From positions 64,001 to 128,000 of the forward strand of contig CM000432.1 of NCBI GenBank assembly GCA_000165345.1: a stretch of 64,000 bases of DNA, in the 5' to 3' direction. Positions 1-9,922 of the stretch are shown here, piece after piece; positions within the stretch are counted from its first letter, which is position 1; the number at the start of each line of letters is the position of its first letter. A model generated the notes under the pieces. The model was not told the DNA's origin and made no database searches. It saw only the letters and a program-made list of their open reading frames with translations. The position numbers and the translations under genes were made by a program.

Positions 1-800
1 AGTACGTTCCAGATACATTGCACAAAGTATTAAAGTCATTCATACGTTCTGGAAGATCTATACCAATGAATTTGATTAGCATTTATATCTATCAACTATT
101 TAGAGCAGTTGGATTTATTCATTCATTAGGGATATGCCATAGAGATATCAAACCTCAGAATTTATTAGTTAATTCTAAAGATAACACATTAAAATTATGT
201 GACTTTGGATCAGCTAAAAAATTGATTCCAAGTGAACCAAGCGTTGCATATATATGTAGTCGTTTTTATAGGGCTCCTGAATTAATGTTAGGAGCAACTG
301 AGTATACTCCAAGCATTGATTTATGGAGTATTGGATGTGTTTTTGGTGAACTAATTCTGGGAAAACCATTATTTTCTGGTGAAACATCTATTGATCAGCT
401 AGTGAGAATTATTCAGATTATGGGAACTCCAACAAAGGAACAAATGATTAGGATGAACCCACATTATACAGAAGTTAGATTTCCAACCTTGAAAGCAAAG
501 GACTGGAGAAAGATACTTCCTGAAGGAACTCCTTCATTAGCAATTGATTTATTAGAGCAAATATTAAGATATGAGCCAGATTTGAGAATAAATCCATATG
601 AGGCAATGGCTCATCCATTTTTTGATCATTTAAGGAATTCTTATGAATCAGAAGTAAAGAACAATAGTAATTTTCCACATGGAGTTAATCAGAACATACC
701 ACAATTATTTAATTTCTCACCATATGAATTGTCAATCATTCCTGGGAATGTTTTAAACAGAATACTACCAAAAAATTTTTCTCCGAATTATAAACACTAA
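1..800 (+). CDS. GSK3-family (CMGC) serine/threonine protein kinase, 5'-partial (window starts inside the gene; coding frame begins at nt 3).
   Basis: Translation contains catalytic-loop HRDIKPQNLL, DFG as 'LCDFGSAK', and 'SYICSRFYRAPEL', typical of GSK3. The ORF track starts at a TTG at 18, but the frame is open back to the window edge (YVPDTLHKV...). Stop at 798-800. Confidence 0.8.
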   Translation, partial: YVPDTLHKVLKSFIRSGRSIPMNLISIYIYQLFRAVGFIHSLGICHRDIKPQNLLVNSKDNTLKLCDFGSAKKLIPSEPSVAYICSRFYRAPELMLGATEYTPSIDLWSIGCVFGELILGKPLFSGETSIDQLVRIIQIMGTPTKEQMIRMNPHYTEVRFPTLKAKDWRKILPEGTPSLAIDLLEQILRYEPDLRINPYEAMAHPFFDHLRNSYESEVKNNSNFPHGVNQNIPQLFNFSPYELSIIPGNVLNRILPKNFSPNYKH

Positions 801-1618
801 ATTAATAAATTTTACCATTTTTTTTTTTAACAAGGCAAATCTTAATTAATTGTTTACATTAAAACTGTTGAGGTTTTATTAATTCTAAGATGAATTAAAT
901 ATAAGAGTCTTAGTATTGAAAAAACTAATGAAAATAAGAGGATTTAGATTATCACTCGTAATGTCATTTAAAGTTTGACAAGTAAATTTACTTAAGAATT
1001 CATCTTGAATTTAATTTATACAGTGCGTAATTCACTCTTAATTGATATCCTTAAAGAAATAATGGTAGATAAGTTGTACAAAATAGAGTTATAATTAACT
1101 AATTATTTTATAGATTGTTTAAAATTTATATTGGAAATTAATTTTAGAAAAATATCTGTAATATTTATTCGCTTCGTTTCTAATTAAACGAATTCACTTT
1201 AAATAGATCTAGAAAAGGGCTACAAAGTTTTTAAAAAAAACGCTGTATATTAAAAATTAAATAATTCATTGAAAACTACACTATATATACATACAATTTT
1301 TTGATTCAAAATTAATTGAAGGTGATTTTATTAAATTAGAATAAATATAATGTACACAAAATTCCCGCCTGATGTGGGGCAGAACATGTAAGTTAGGTGT
1401 CAAAATTATTAATAAAAGGAATAGCATGCTGTAAGTAAACTTGATAGTGGATAATCAGAATTAAATAAAATTATTTTTAATTAATATAAAATATATTATT
1501 GTTCAAGTTTGAGCTTGAAATATTCTCAATACAATATTTTTGGGATTGCCAGGAATTCTCATTGAGAAATTACTAATTAAAATTAAATTAGGTTGATTAT
1601 TTAAAAAGAAAAATTAAG

Positions 1619-2108
1619 ATGAGAAGTCCTTATGCTGAAGAAGTAGAATATTCTGAGAAATTTAATATGGATACGCATGAGTACAGGTAAATATAGCAAT
1701 ATCATTTAATTATTGAAAACAGTGATTAATTAAAATGATCTCAGATTTGTGAAGTTAACAAGGCCATTATATAAGAAACTTCAACAATACAGGTAAGTAA
1801 TTTTTATCATTTAATATATTTTAATGAAAATTACAAATGTTTTAGAGCAACAAGAGGGAATGGACCATTGATTTCAGAGGAAGAATGGCGACATGTATTA
1901 GGTAAGTTATTTACTTATTTAACCATTTGAATAATTTAAAAAATTTTTCTAAAAATCTTCAGGACTACAAATGAGCAGAGGATGGGTACACTTTTTGGAT
2001 TGGAAAAAGGAACCTTGGGTTTTATGTTTCAGAAGACCACAGGGAACAAATCCTCAAACAGGAAAAGTAGACAAATCTATGGAAAACATAAATCAAATGA
2101 ACAAATAA
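1619..2108 (+). CDS. CKS1: Cyclin-dependent kinase regulatory subunit CKS1, 4 exons: join(1619..1686,1745..1792,1846..1901,1963..2108). Absent from the ORF track.
   Basis: Spliced translation MRSPYAEEVEYSEKFNMDTHEYR|FVKLTRPLYKKLQQYR|ATRGNGPLISEEEWRHVLG|LQMSRGWVHFLDWKKEPWVLCFRRPQGT... matches the CKS consensus (Y-S-x-K-F...H-E-Y-R-x-V, EEEWRxLG, GWVH, EP..L.FRRP). All three introns have GTAAAT/GTAAGT donors and (T)nAG acceptors and are 54-61 nt long. Confidence 0.75.
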
Positions 2109-2691
2109 GTATTTTCAATTATTTATAATTAATATCTAAAATTTAGAGCGACGTTTTGGGTGGTCTGAAATTCCCAATAAATTCGAATTAGAATTATAAT
2201 TAAAAAATATAATTAATTTAAAATCTATAATTAACTTTATAAATAGCTGAGGTTTTTAATTTACGTCATCTTACACCTTTCCTTTTCCCCTCATCTTTTT
2301 TTTTCACTTTGAATTCTTTTAGAAATGTTCATCATAGAGTGTCATCTGGGTAACCCGCCCATAGTGGGCGCCAATTTGCACATATTTAAGGGGGAAGTTG
2401 GGTATCTTTTTAATATATAAAATTTATTAAATAATAAAATTAGCCAAATTATATTATTTGATATTAAGGCAATTTAAAAAGAATTAAAGAATTGTTCAGG
2501 AAATAAAATATTTAGGAGGGGAGAAATTTAGCTGATCAAGTGTTTTTGAATTCAGATAAATATATAAATTGATTATTTATATATTTGTAATATAAATAGC
2601 AGAATAGCTATATTATCAATTAATTGTAGGACAAAGAAAACAGTAGTAACCGAGGAGATAATTCAATTTTGGTAGAGACTTATTAGTAGAA

Positions 2692-3477
2692 ATGTCACGA
2701 AGATACGATTCTAGAACAACAACATTTTCTCCTGAAGGTCGATTATATCAAGTAGAATATGCATTGGAAGCAATTAATAATGCAGCTCCAACAGTTGGGA
2801 TACTTTGTAAAGAAGGAGTAATTCTGGGAGCAGATAAGGCAATAGTATCAAAATTACTTGATCAAGGAAAGTCACTGGAGAAAATTTATACAATAGATCG
2901 TCATATTATAGCTGCTGTAGCTGGTTTGACAGCTGATGCAAATATTTTGATTGCCCAAGCACGTATAGACTCTCAAAGATATCAATATACATATGGCGAG
3001 GAACAGCCAGTAGAACAATTAGTTACTCAAATATGCGATAGAAAACAAAGTTATACACAATTTGGTGGATTGAGACCATTTGGTGTATCATTTTTATTTG
3101 CTGGATATGATAAGAATTATGGATACCAGTTATATCAGTCTGATCCATCTGGTAATTTCTCGGGATGGAAGGCTACTGCGATTGGTCAAAATAACCAAAC
3201 TGCTACATCTTTATTGAAACAAGAATGGAACGAGGACTTAACATTAGAACAAGGTCTTCACTTAGTTGCAAAAGTTTTAACCAAGACTATGGATACAACT
3301 TCTCCTACAGCAGATAAATTTGAGTTTTCTATTTTGACTCACAATAATGAATCTAATAAGTGCAGCCAGAAAATTTTGTCTGAAAAAGAAATTGGGGAAT
3401 TGTTGGAAAAAGTCCAAAAAGAAATTGCTTCTGAAAATAATGCTAAGAATAACTCTGAAACTAATAACCAGAGTTAA
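2692..3477 (+). CDS. PSMA4: 20S proteasome alpha subunit, type 4 (alpha-3).
   Basis: N-terminus MSRRYDSRTTTFSPEGRLYQVEYALEAI is the canonical PSMA4 start. 261 aa; ATG at 2692. Confidence 0.85.
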   Translation: MSRRYDSRTTTFSPEGRLYQVEYALEAINNAAPTVGILCKEGVILGADKAIVSKLLDQGKSLEKIYTIDRHIIAAVAGLTADANILIAQARIDSQRYQYTYGEEQPVEQLVTQICDRKQSYTQFGGLRPFGVSFLFAGYDKNYGYQLYQSDPSGNFSGWKATAIGQNNQTATSLLKQEWNEDLTLEQGLHLVAKVLTKTMDTTSPTADKFEFSILTHNNESNKCSQKILSEKEIGELLEKVQKEIASENNAKNNSETNNQS

Positions 3478-4296
3478 GTGAATATATATTTATAGATATT
3501 TGTTATTACTCAAATTATTATTCATAATACAATTTCCTAATGTCTTCTGACATTGTATTAGAGAATTTTCCATAGATGTTTCAAATATCTTTATTATTAA
3601 CATTAGATAGGAGTAAATATATTAGTTTTCAATTCAAATTGGTAGTTTTATCTTTATTAGTTGTTTTCTATTCTGTTTGTTTGATGTACGTATTAATTCT
3701 AAAACTTTGTCAAGTATAGTCTAGTTAATATTAAGTTAATAATTCAAAGTATAAGATACACACGTAATCAATTTTCTTTCAAAAAAAGGTCCAGTTGATA
3801 TCGAGAATTCTTATCCTATATATCAGCTCTAAATATAAATATCATTAAAAGTTAAATATTAAAATACTTTATTTAATCAACTTTGTAATCATTTAGTCAT
3901 TGTTTACTATTCATCCTAAAATTCACGGTAACAAACAGCTAAATCATATTGTTTTTATCCTGTCATTTAATATTTAATACATTTGGTAAATTAATTCAGT
4001 TAAATCGAATTAAACAATATAATGTGGAGCCATAAATAAAGACTAAACATGAATATCAGGAATTTATGGCGCCAAAAAGTAATAGTGGGTTCTTTGATTT
4101 TATGTATTACGGTAGGTATAAATATAAGAAAAAATAATCAAATTAAGCGAGAGGAGAGATAAGATTTGCTGGTAAAAAGATTGCAAATCTGAATAATTCA
4201 GGATTAATAATAAAGCAGGCCATAGGTCGAAGTAGGTTTGGAAGGAGTTATACAAAGTAATCCAAGTGAAGGGTATAGAAATTGCACTTTAAAAAG

Positions 4297-4320
4297 AAAT
4301 AATAATAATAATAATAATAA
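4297..4320. repeat. (AAT)8 microsatellite immediately upstream of the Sec31 ATG.
   Basis: aataataataataataataataat read directly. Confidence 0.9.
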
Positions 4321-4335
4321 TTGAAATTTATTTCA

Positions 4336-7300
4336 ATGTTACTTAAAGAAATAGCGTCATCGGCAAAAATTAGTTGGTGTCCAATATCAACTAAGAATAA
4401 GCTGAGTTTGTTAGCTTTAGGAGGTTGTGGGCTAAATCCCTGTTTAAGTGTGGGATTAATTGATATTACCAATAATGGTAAAGATATTCAAAATATAGGA
4501 ACATCTTCTTTGAACTCAAGGTGCACATCAATAGCTTGGGGAAGTTTTAATCCAGAAGAGAATGCTTTGGGTCTTATTTGTACTGGAATGGAAGATGGTA
4601 ACATGAGTTTATTTAAGCCAATATTATCGACTTATGATTCAAATAGAAAAGATGGAGAAATCATGCTTGAAAGAATATGTGAAACAAACATTTATCCTTC
4701 TGCGGTAAGTTGTTTGGAATTCAATAAAACTGACCATCAGTTACTTGCATCTGGAGGAAATGATGGAAAAGTTTATGTTTTAGATTTGAGTGATGGTATA
4801 ACTGGAAATTTGAACTATTATGAGCCAGGAAAGGAAAATAAGCATGGAGATTCTGATGTGACTGCTTTGAAATGGAATCCAAAAGTCCCTCATATTATGT
4901 CATCTTCTTCAAGCAATGGTACTACAGCAATCTGGGATTTAAAGATGAAAAAAAGTGCTATTTCATTTAGAGATCCTGCTCAAAGATCTAGACCTTCGAC
5001 TTTAGCATGGGTTCCAAATCAACCAACACAAATAGTTGTGGGATATGATGATGATAGAAATCCCTCGCTCCAGTTATGGGATTTAAGAAATGTTTCATAT
5101 CCATTTAAAGAAGCTGTCTCTGCTCATCAAAAAGGAGTAATGTCTATAGAGTTTTCTCCAATTGATCCTAATTTATTGCTTTCTTCTGGAAAGGATGGAA
5201 AAACAATATGTTGGACATTATTAAATAACCAGCAGCCAGAAATATTTACAGAAATTCATTCTCAGCAATGGAGTGTTCAAAACCAATGGTCTCCAAATAT
5301 TCCTGGAATATTCGCTACAGCATCTCACAATGACAAGGTTAGTATCTATTCTTTATCATCACATTCCAGTACAACAACTTATATTCCATCTTGGTATCAT
5401 AAACCATGCGGAGTGAATTTCACATTTTCTGGTAAATTAGTTTCATTTTCGAGTAAATCTACTGGTGGAGTACCCCAATTTAACTTATATAGAGTACCTA
5501 CAAATCCTGAAATAACTGCTCATGCTGATATGTTTGATCAGTTACTCAACCAAGGAGACTTCATTGGCTATTGTCAGAAAAAATGTCAGGAATCAGAAAG
5601 TTCCAATGAAAAGCTTGCTTGGAGTCTGGTTGAAAATATGTTTTCTGAAGATTCTGTTGAAAGACGTCTATATATTGCTTCACTTTTGGGATTCGATTTC
5701 AATAATGCAAGTACAACAGCAAACCAGTTTTTAGGGAGAAAGTGTGGAGTAATATCACAGCAAGAAGAACTTCAAAAAGAACTTTCTGCTATTAATCAAC
5801 AAAACAATATCAGCTTAATCCAAGATCCTGCCTCTACTTCATTTACTGGAATGAGCTATCAAAATAGTCCAACTAATATGAATGGTAATAATATTTCTGG
5901 TTTTCAAACTTTATCGGGACAGATGGTATCCAATCAATCTTTGGACCCAGAAAAATTCTTCCAACAATTAGGAGAGAGTGAATCTCCCAATAATAATAAA
6001 GATAAAGAAACTGAATTTAATCAAAAAGATGACGAGCCTTATACATCTGGACAAGATTACTCTAGTGGAACAAGATTTTGTTGCGAAGGCGCTGACAATG
6101 AAATGATTGAAAATCCATTCGCCAGTATTCCTCAGGGTCAAGAAAACCAAACAAGCCATGATTTGTTTAATTCAAGTGGCTTCCCTGGAAGTAGTATGAA
6201 GTGTAATCACGGAGTTTATATACAACAAGGTACTGAGCTTTCTCATTCTAATCTAAGTGTTGGTAAGCTGCACAACTTAAGACAAAATGAATGGACAAAA
6301 CAAGAGGAGGATGTTATTAATGAACTACTTGTAACAGGAAATATTGATTCTGCAATTGATGTTTGTGTGCAAAGAGGATTTTTCGCTGAAGCTTTACTTT
6401 TGGCGGTAAAATTCGGAGGTATTTACCTTGACTATGTACAAAAACAATATTTGAAAAAACACGAATGTCAATATACCCAAAAGGTTTTAGGTCATGTGAT
6501 TATGGATGATCTTGAAGATTTTGTTAAGAGCAGTAACTTGGACCGTTGGAATGAAACTTTAGCAATTATTTCAATCTATACCCAACCTAATGGAATAAGA
6601 CTTGGAGATTATTCTTACCAGTCAAAGTATACAATGGAGAACCTCTCTGAATTGTTAGCTAAGAGATTGCAGGAAGAAAAGTTTGATGTTCGATCTGCAT
6701 TAATTTGCTATCTGTGTGCTCGAAACTTTAGAAATTCTATTGAAATTTGGGGTAACATGGCATCTTGCCAAAGCTCACAAATCATTGGACTTCAAGACTT
6801 TGTCGAAAAAGTAGCAATTCTTCAGGCAGCAACAAGATTTAATGGTAACGACGAGAATATTACAAAACAGGTTGTCCAATATGCTGAAATCCTTGCTAAT
6901 TCTGGAAGGATTGTAGCAGCAATGAAATTCCTTTCCTCCTTAGCTTCTAATGACTACTCCATTAACTCATCAACTTTAAGAGATAGGATATACAATGCAG
7001 CTCCAGAGCTCATGAGTTCTTTGGGATTTAACAAACCAAATTTCCCTTTCACCATTATCGATGTTGCTCCATTTGTGAATGCTAATGCAAATATTTACCA
7101 GCATCAACAACATCCAAACCAACAGCAACATGGTATGTTTGGAGTTAACAACTCGTTCCAATCAAATTTGAATATTGGCATGAATTCCTATCCAATGATG
7201 AATAATGGTAACAACAATACCGGTATGGGTATGGTGGGACAAATGATGCAACCTCCTCCTCTTTCATCTCATGGGGTGCCACCTTCAGGACCTTCTTCAA

Positions 7301-8415
7301 TCCACTCGAACCAGATGCATCCTTCTCCTCCCCCTCCTCCTCCCTCATCCATCCATTCTACAATAAATAATGGAATGCCAGGCGGTATTCAAACTCAATG
7401 TCAGGCATTTAGGCCAGGAATTCCATCTAGCTCGGGACTCCCTCCTCCTCCTCCTCCACCCTCTACTACTTCCTCTATTCCTCAAATGATGAGGCCATCT
7501 TCATCCTTACCATCAACTGGTAATGGGATGATGTCAAATCAGCTACCTCCGCCTCCTTCACAAAATATGGCTGCTCTAACTCGTCCAAGTTCTCCAAATG
7601 TAGCATATTCTCAGAACAATGTCGCACTTGGAGTTGGATCAGGATTGTCTTCCACAAACCAAGGTGTAAAACAATTCTTACCTCAGTCGGCTCAGCCTCC
7701 ACCAGTAAATCCTCCTAATTCTTTTATGAACAGCTTAAACAAGAACAATTTTGGTACTAACAATGTCCCTCCTGCTCCTATACCTACATCTATTCCAGCA
7801 CCTTCTCAAATCCCATCTTCAGTTCCTCCTGTGGCTCCTCCTCCAATGCCAAATTCAAATAATAGCAGTATTATTGGAGGAGGAATGCAAGGAGTCTTGA
7901 ATCAAGGAATCAGTCAAGTCGCTCCTCCATCAAACAGATCATCAATTACTACTGCCCCTCATAGTGGAGCTACACCACCAATACCAGGAATGCCAGTACC
8001 ATGGCCACTACCAACAGCAACACAACAATTGAATTCAACAACATCAACAACAGCAAACGCAAATAAACAGATTCAGGAAGCATCTAAAAAGAATAATTCC
8101 CAGATAGTGGGAAAACCTTTATCTGGTCAACTATTGGATATGGTAACAAATGTGGTGAATTCTAATTTGAATAGCATTTTTGCAAATGACCCAAGAAAGA
8201 AGATGGATGCTCAGAAAAGATTTGATGAGCTTTTTGAAAATCTAAGAGTTGGAAATATTTCAGAAACTGTTTCATCCAAAGTTGTTAATCTTTGCCAAGC
8301 CTTGCAAACAGGGGATTACTTGACTGCAAATAAAATCCATATTGATTTGAGTTCAACAGAGTGGGAGAATAATAAAAACTGGCTGATGGCTTTTAAGAGA
8401 ATTATTCCCAAATAA
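4336..8415 (+). CDS. SEC31: COPII outer-coat subunit Sec31. The ORF-track TTG start at 4321 is replaced by the first ATG at 4336.
   Basis: N-terminal WD40 beta-propeller repeats (WD dipeptides, 'GGNDGKVYVLDL'), a central alpha-solenoid, a long Pro-rich linker (PPPPPP runs encoded by CCT repeats ~7250-7470) and a conserved C-terminal domain. This architecture and length (~1360 aa) are typical of Sec31. Confidence 0.7.
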   Translation: MLLKEIASSAKISWCPISTKNKLSLLALGGCGLNPCLSVGLIDITNNGKDIQNIGTSSLNSRCTSIAWGSFNPEENALGLICTGMEDGNMSLFKPILSTYDSNRKDGEIMLERICETNIYPSAVSCLEFNKTDHQLLASGGNDGKVYVLDLSDGITGNLNYYEPGKENKHGDSDVTALKWNPKVPHIMSSSSSNGTTAIWDLKMKKSAISFRDPAQRSRPSTLAWVPNQPTQIVVGYDDDRNPSLQLWDLRNVSYPFKEAVSAHQKGVMSIEFSPIDPNLLLSSGKDGKTICWTLLNNQQPEIFTEIHSQQWSVQNQWSPNIPGIFATASHNDKVSIYSLSSHSSTTTYIPSWYHKPCGVNFTFSGKLVSFSSKSTGGVPQFNLYRVPTNPEITAHADMFDQLLNQGDFIGYCQKKCQESESSNEKLAWSLVENMFSEDSVERRLYIASLLGFDFNNASTTANQFLGRKCGVISQQEELQKELSAINQQNNISLIQDPASTSFTGMSYQNSPTNMNGNNISGFQTLSGQMVSNQSLDPEKFFQQLGESESPNNNKDKETEFNQKDDEPYTSGQDYSSGTRFCCEGADNEMIENPFASIPQGQENQTSHDLFNSSGFPGSSMKCNHGVYIQQGTELSHSNLSVGKLHNLRQNEWTKQEEDVINELLVTGNIDSAIDVCVQRGFFAEALLLAVKFGGIYLDYVQKQYLKKHECQYTQKVLGHVIMDDLEDFVKSSNLDRWNETLAIISIYTQPNGIRLGDYSYQSKYTMENLSELLAKRLQEEKFDVRSALICYLCARNFRNSIEIWGNMASCQSSQIIGLQDFVEKVAILQAATRFNGNDENITKQVVQYAEILANSGRIVAAMKFLSSLASNDYSINSSTLRDRIYNAAPELMSSLGFNKPNFPFTIIDVAPFVNANANIYQHQQHPNQQQHGMFGVNNSFQSNLNIGMNSYPMMNNGNNNTGMGMVGQMMQPPPLSSHGVPPSGPSSIHSNQMHPSPPPPPPSSIHSTINNGMPGGIQTQCQAFRPGIPSSSGLPPPPPPPSTTSSIPQMMRPSSSLPSTGNGMMSNQLPPPPSQNMAALTRPSSPNVAYSQNNVALGVGSGLSSTNQGVKQFLPQSAQPPPVNPPNSFMNSLNKNNFGTNNVPPAPIPTSIPAPSQIPSSVPPVAPPPMPNSNNSSIIGGGMQGVLNQGISQVAPPSNRSSITTAPHSGATPPIPGMPVPWPLPTATQQLNSTTSTTANANKQIQEASKKNNSQIVGKPLSGQLLDMVTNVVNSNLNSIFANDPRKKMDAQKRFDELFENLRVGNISETVSSKVVNLCQALQTGDYLTANKIHIDLSSTEWENNKNWLMAFKRIIPK

Positions 8416-8891
8416 TTACGTAATCTTATTATATTTAATTACAAGTTTATCAGTATTGAAACATTATTTATCTATATATGGATATAATAAGACTGCAATA
8501 CGCTTTAGTAACTTTACTAGTAATCAAGGTCATTTAAAGTACTGTTCCACTAGAAAATTACGATATTAAGTTGAAATTTGTCTTGTTTTTGCTTTCTTTC
8601 TTTTACAATTTATATTTATATTTATTTTTATTCAAAGGAATTTAGTAATACTTTTGATCAGCTTGTCTAAAGTTGGTGAACGTTTCCGATTTTGTGAACT
8701 GAATATGAAGATTGAAAATGGAGAACATATGATTAGTTTATATTAATTTTAAAATTCATTTAATCATTATGTAGTTTTAATCGTTTAATTCTCACTAGAA
8801 TTGAGTGGAACAGTGGTATAAGGGGAAAAAAAATAATAGGCATAAAAAAAGAAACGAAGTTTATTCTATAGAAAAAAAAAAATGTAGTAAT

Positions 8892-9749
8892 TTAAATGAT
8901 TTTACTATTCTTTTGAAATTTACTGATATGATTCTTCCAAGATTGTTGTTTCTGTTTTGCTTGAGTTTCAAATATTTCATTTTTTTGTTGTTTTTTAATA
9001 ACCGAAATTTTTTTCTTCTTTTCAAGTTTAGTCTTTTCTGTGTCGTAAGACTTAATTAAAAGATTTTCAGGTATTTTATATCCAGCAGGAGTGGTAATAA
9101 TTGATGTGGAATCCAACGAATCGATAGTTTTATCGTGATTTAAATTGTTTCTAGAACTTTTACTAATCATTCTGACCCTATCATATGTAACATTTTCTTC
9201 TTGATTATAATCCAAGTATTTAATATTATATCCATTTTTAGTTAAACCAACAATTACAGAATTGTACCAATTACCATCTTCTTCAAATAAAACTTGAACC
9301 TTTTCTCCTACAGATAATCCCTTAAATTGTGGTAAAAGCTTTAAATCCTGAAATTGCAAACTAATTGTTTCTGGAATTTGACCAAATATCGAAATTAAAT
9401 AATAATCATTTATAGTGTTAGAAGCTGATTTTGGGTCTTTTGATTTAATTCTCCCAAATCTTTTGTTTCCTTTATAAAAAACTTCAACAATTTTTCCAAT
9501 ATTTACATCTTCAGGATTTTCATCACTGTTTTTCCTTTTATTATCAATAAGTTCCTCCACTAGTTGTATAACTTGTATTAAATCATCTCTAACTTCTTTA
9601 AGAATATCATAATTTGGGTCATCAGTCGTTAGTTTTAGAAGTTGTTCATCTATCTTTCTTAGTTGTTCCTGATTATCTTCAAATCTTTTTAACAATTCCT
9701 CATATGTTTCTTGAAAAATCTCCATTAATTTACTATTGACACGTGTCAT
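8892..9749 (-). CDS. SPF30/SMN-like Tudor-domain splicing factor.
   Basis: N-terminal coiled segment (EELLKRFEDNQEQLRKIDEQLLKL...DDLIQVIQLVEELI) resembles the SMN/SPF30 N-terminus. A central Tudor-like fold follows (GEKVQVLFEEDGNWYNSVIVGLTKNGYNIKYLDYNQEENV). ATG at 9749-9747 lies inside the palindrome TGACACGTGTCA. Confidence 0.5.
   Translation of the reverse strand: MTRVNSKLMEIFQETYEELLKRFEDNQEQLRKIDEQLLKLTTDDPNYDILKEVRDDLIQVIQLVEELIDNKRKNSDENPEDVNIGKIVEVFYKGNKRFGRIKSKDPKSASNTINDYYLISIFGQIPETISLQFQDLKLLPQFKGLSVGEKVQVLFEEDGNWYNSVIVGLTKNGYNIKYLDYNQEENVTYDRVRMISKSSRNNLNHDKTIDSLDSTSIITTPAGYKIPENLLIKSYDTEKTKLEKKKKISVIKKQQKNEIFETQAKQKQQSWKNHISKFQKNSKII
9737..9748. promoter_or_regulatory. Perfect 12-bp palindrome TGACACGTGTCA (E-box/G-box core CACGTG) overlapping the start codon of the SPF30-like gene; a second identical copy lies at 16008..16019.
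   Basis: Read directly. The reverse complement encodes ATG ACA CGT GTC A = MTRV at both loci. Confidence 0.5.
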
Positions 9750-9922
9750 CCCGCCACATGATTAATTATATGTAGTGGGAAAATTTTAATAAAAATAATG
9801 AAAAATTATCGCAAATATTAAAGATTCAAATATATCTTTTGGTTGATATACAATATTAGAAACCAAGTTTGAAATCGACTTTAACAAATTTTTTTTTGTT
9901 TTAATTAATTTAGGAAGTGAAA

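Noticed and set aside
475-678. Small antisense or alternate-frame ORFs nested inside confirmed genes (e.g. 475..678, 5522..5734, 5968..6159, 6976..7348, 13272..13767, 23248..23689, 27405..27635, 37795..38185, 42120..42571, 49137..50800, 56022..58265, 61707..63731).
   Set aside because: All lie within or antisense to long, motif-supported coding regions. They have low-complexity or hydrophobic composition typical of chance frames in AT-rich DNA. None has its own promoter motif.
1370-1445. Possible short ORF or 5'-UTR intron upstream of CKS1 (ATGTGGGGCAGAACATGTAAGT... with two GTAAGT sites at 1386 and 1430).
   Set aside because: No continuous coding potential and no downstream in-frame acceptor that yields a protein. 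May be a 5'-UTR intron of CKS1, but this is unsupported without transcript data.
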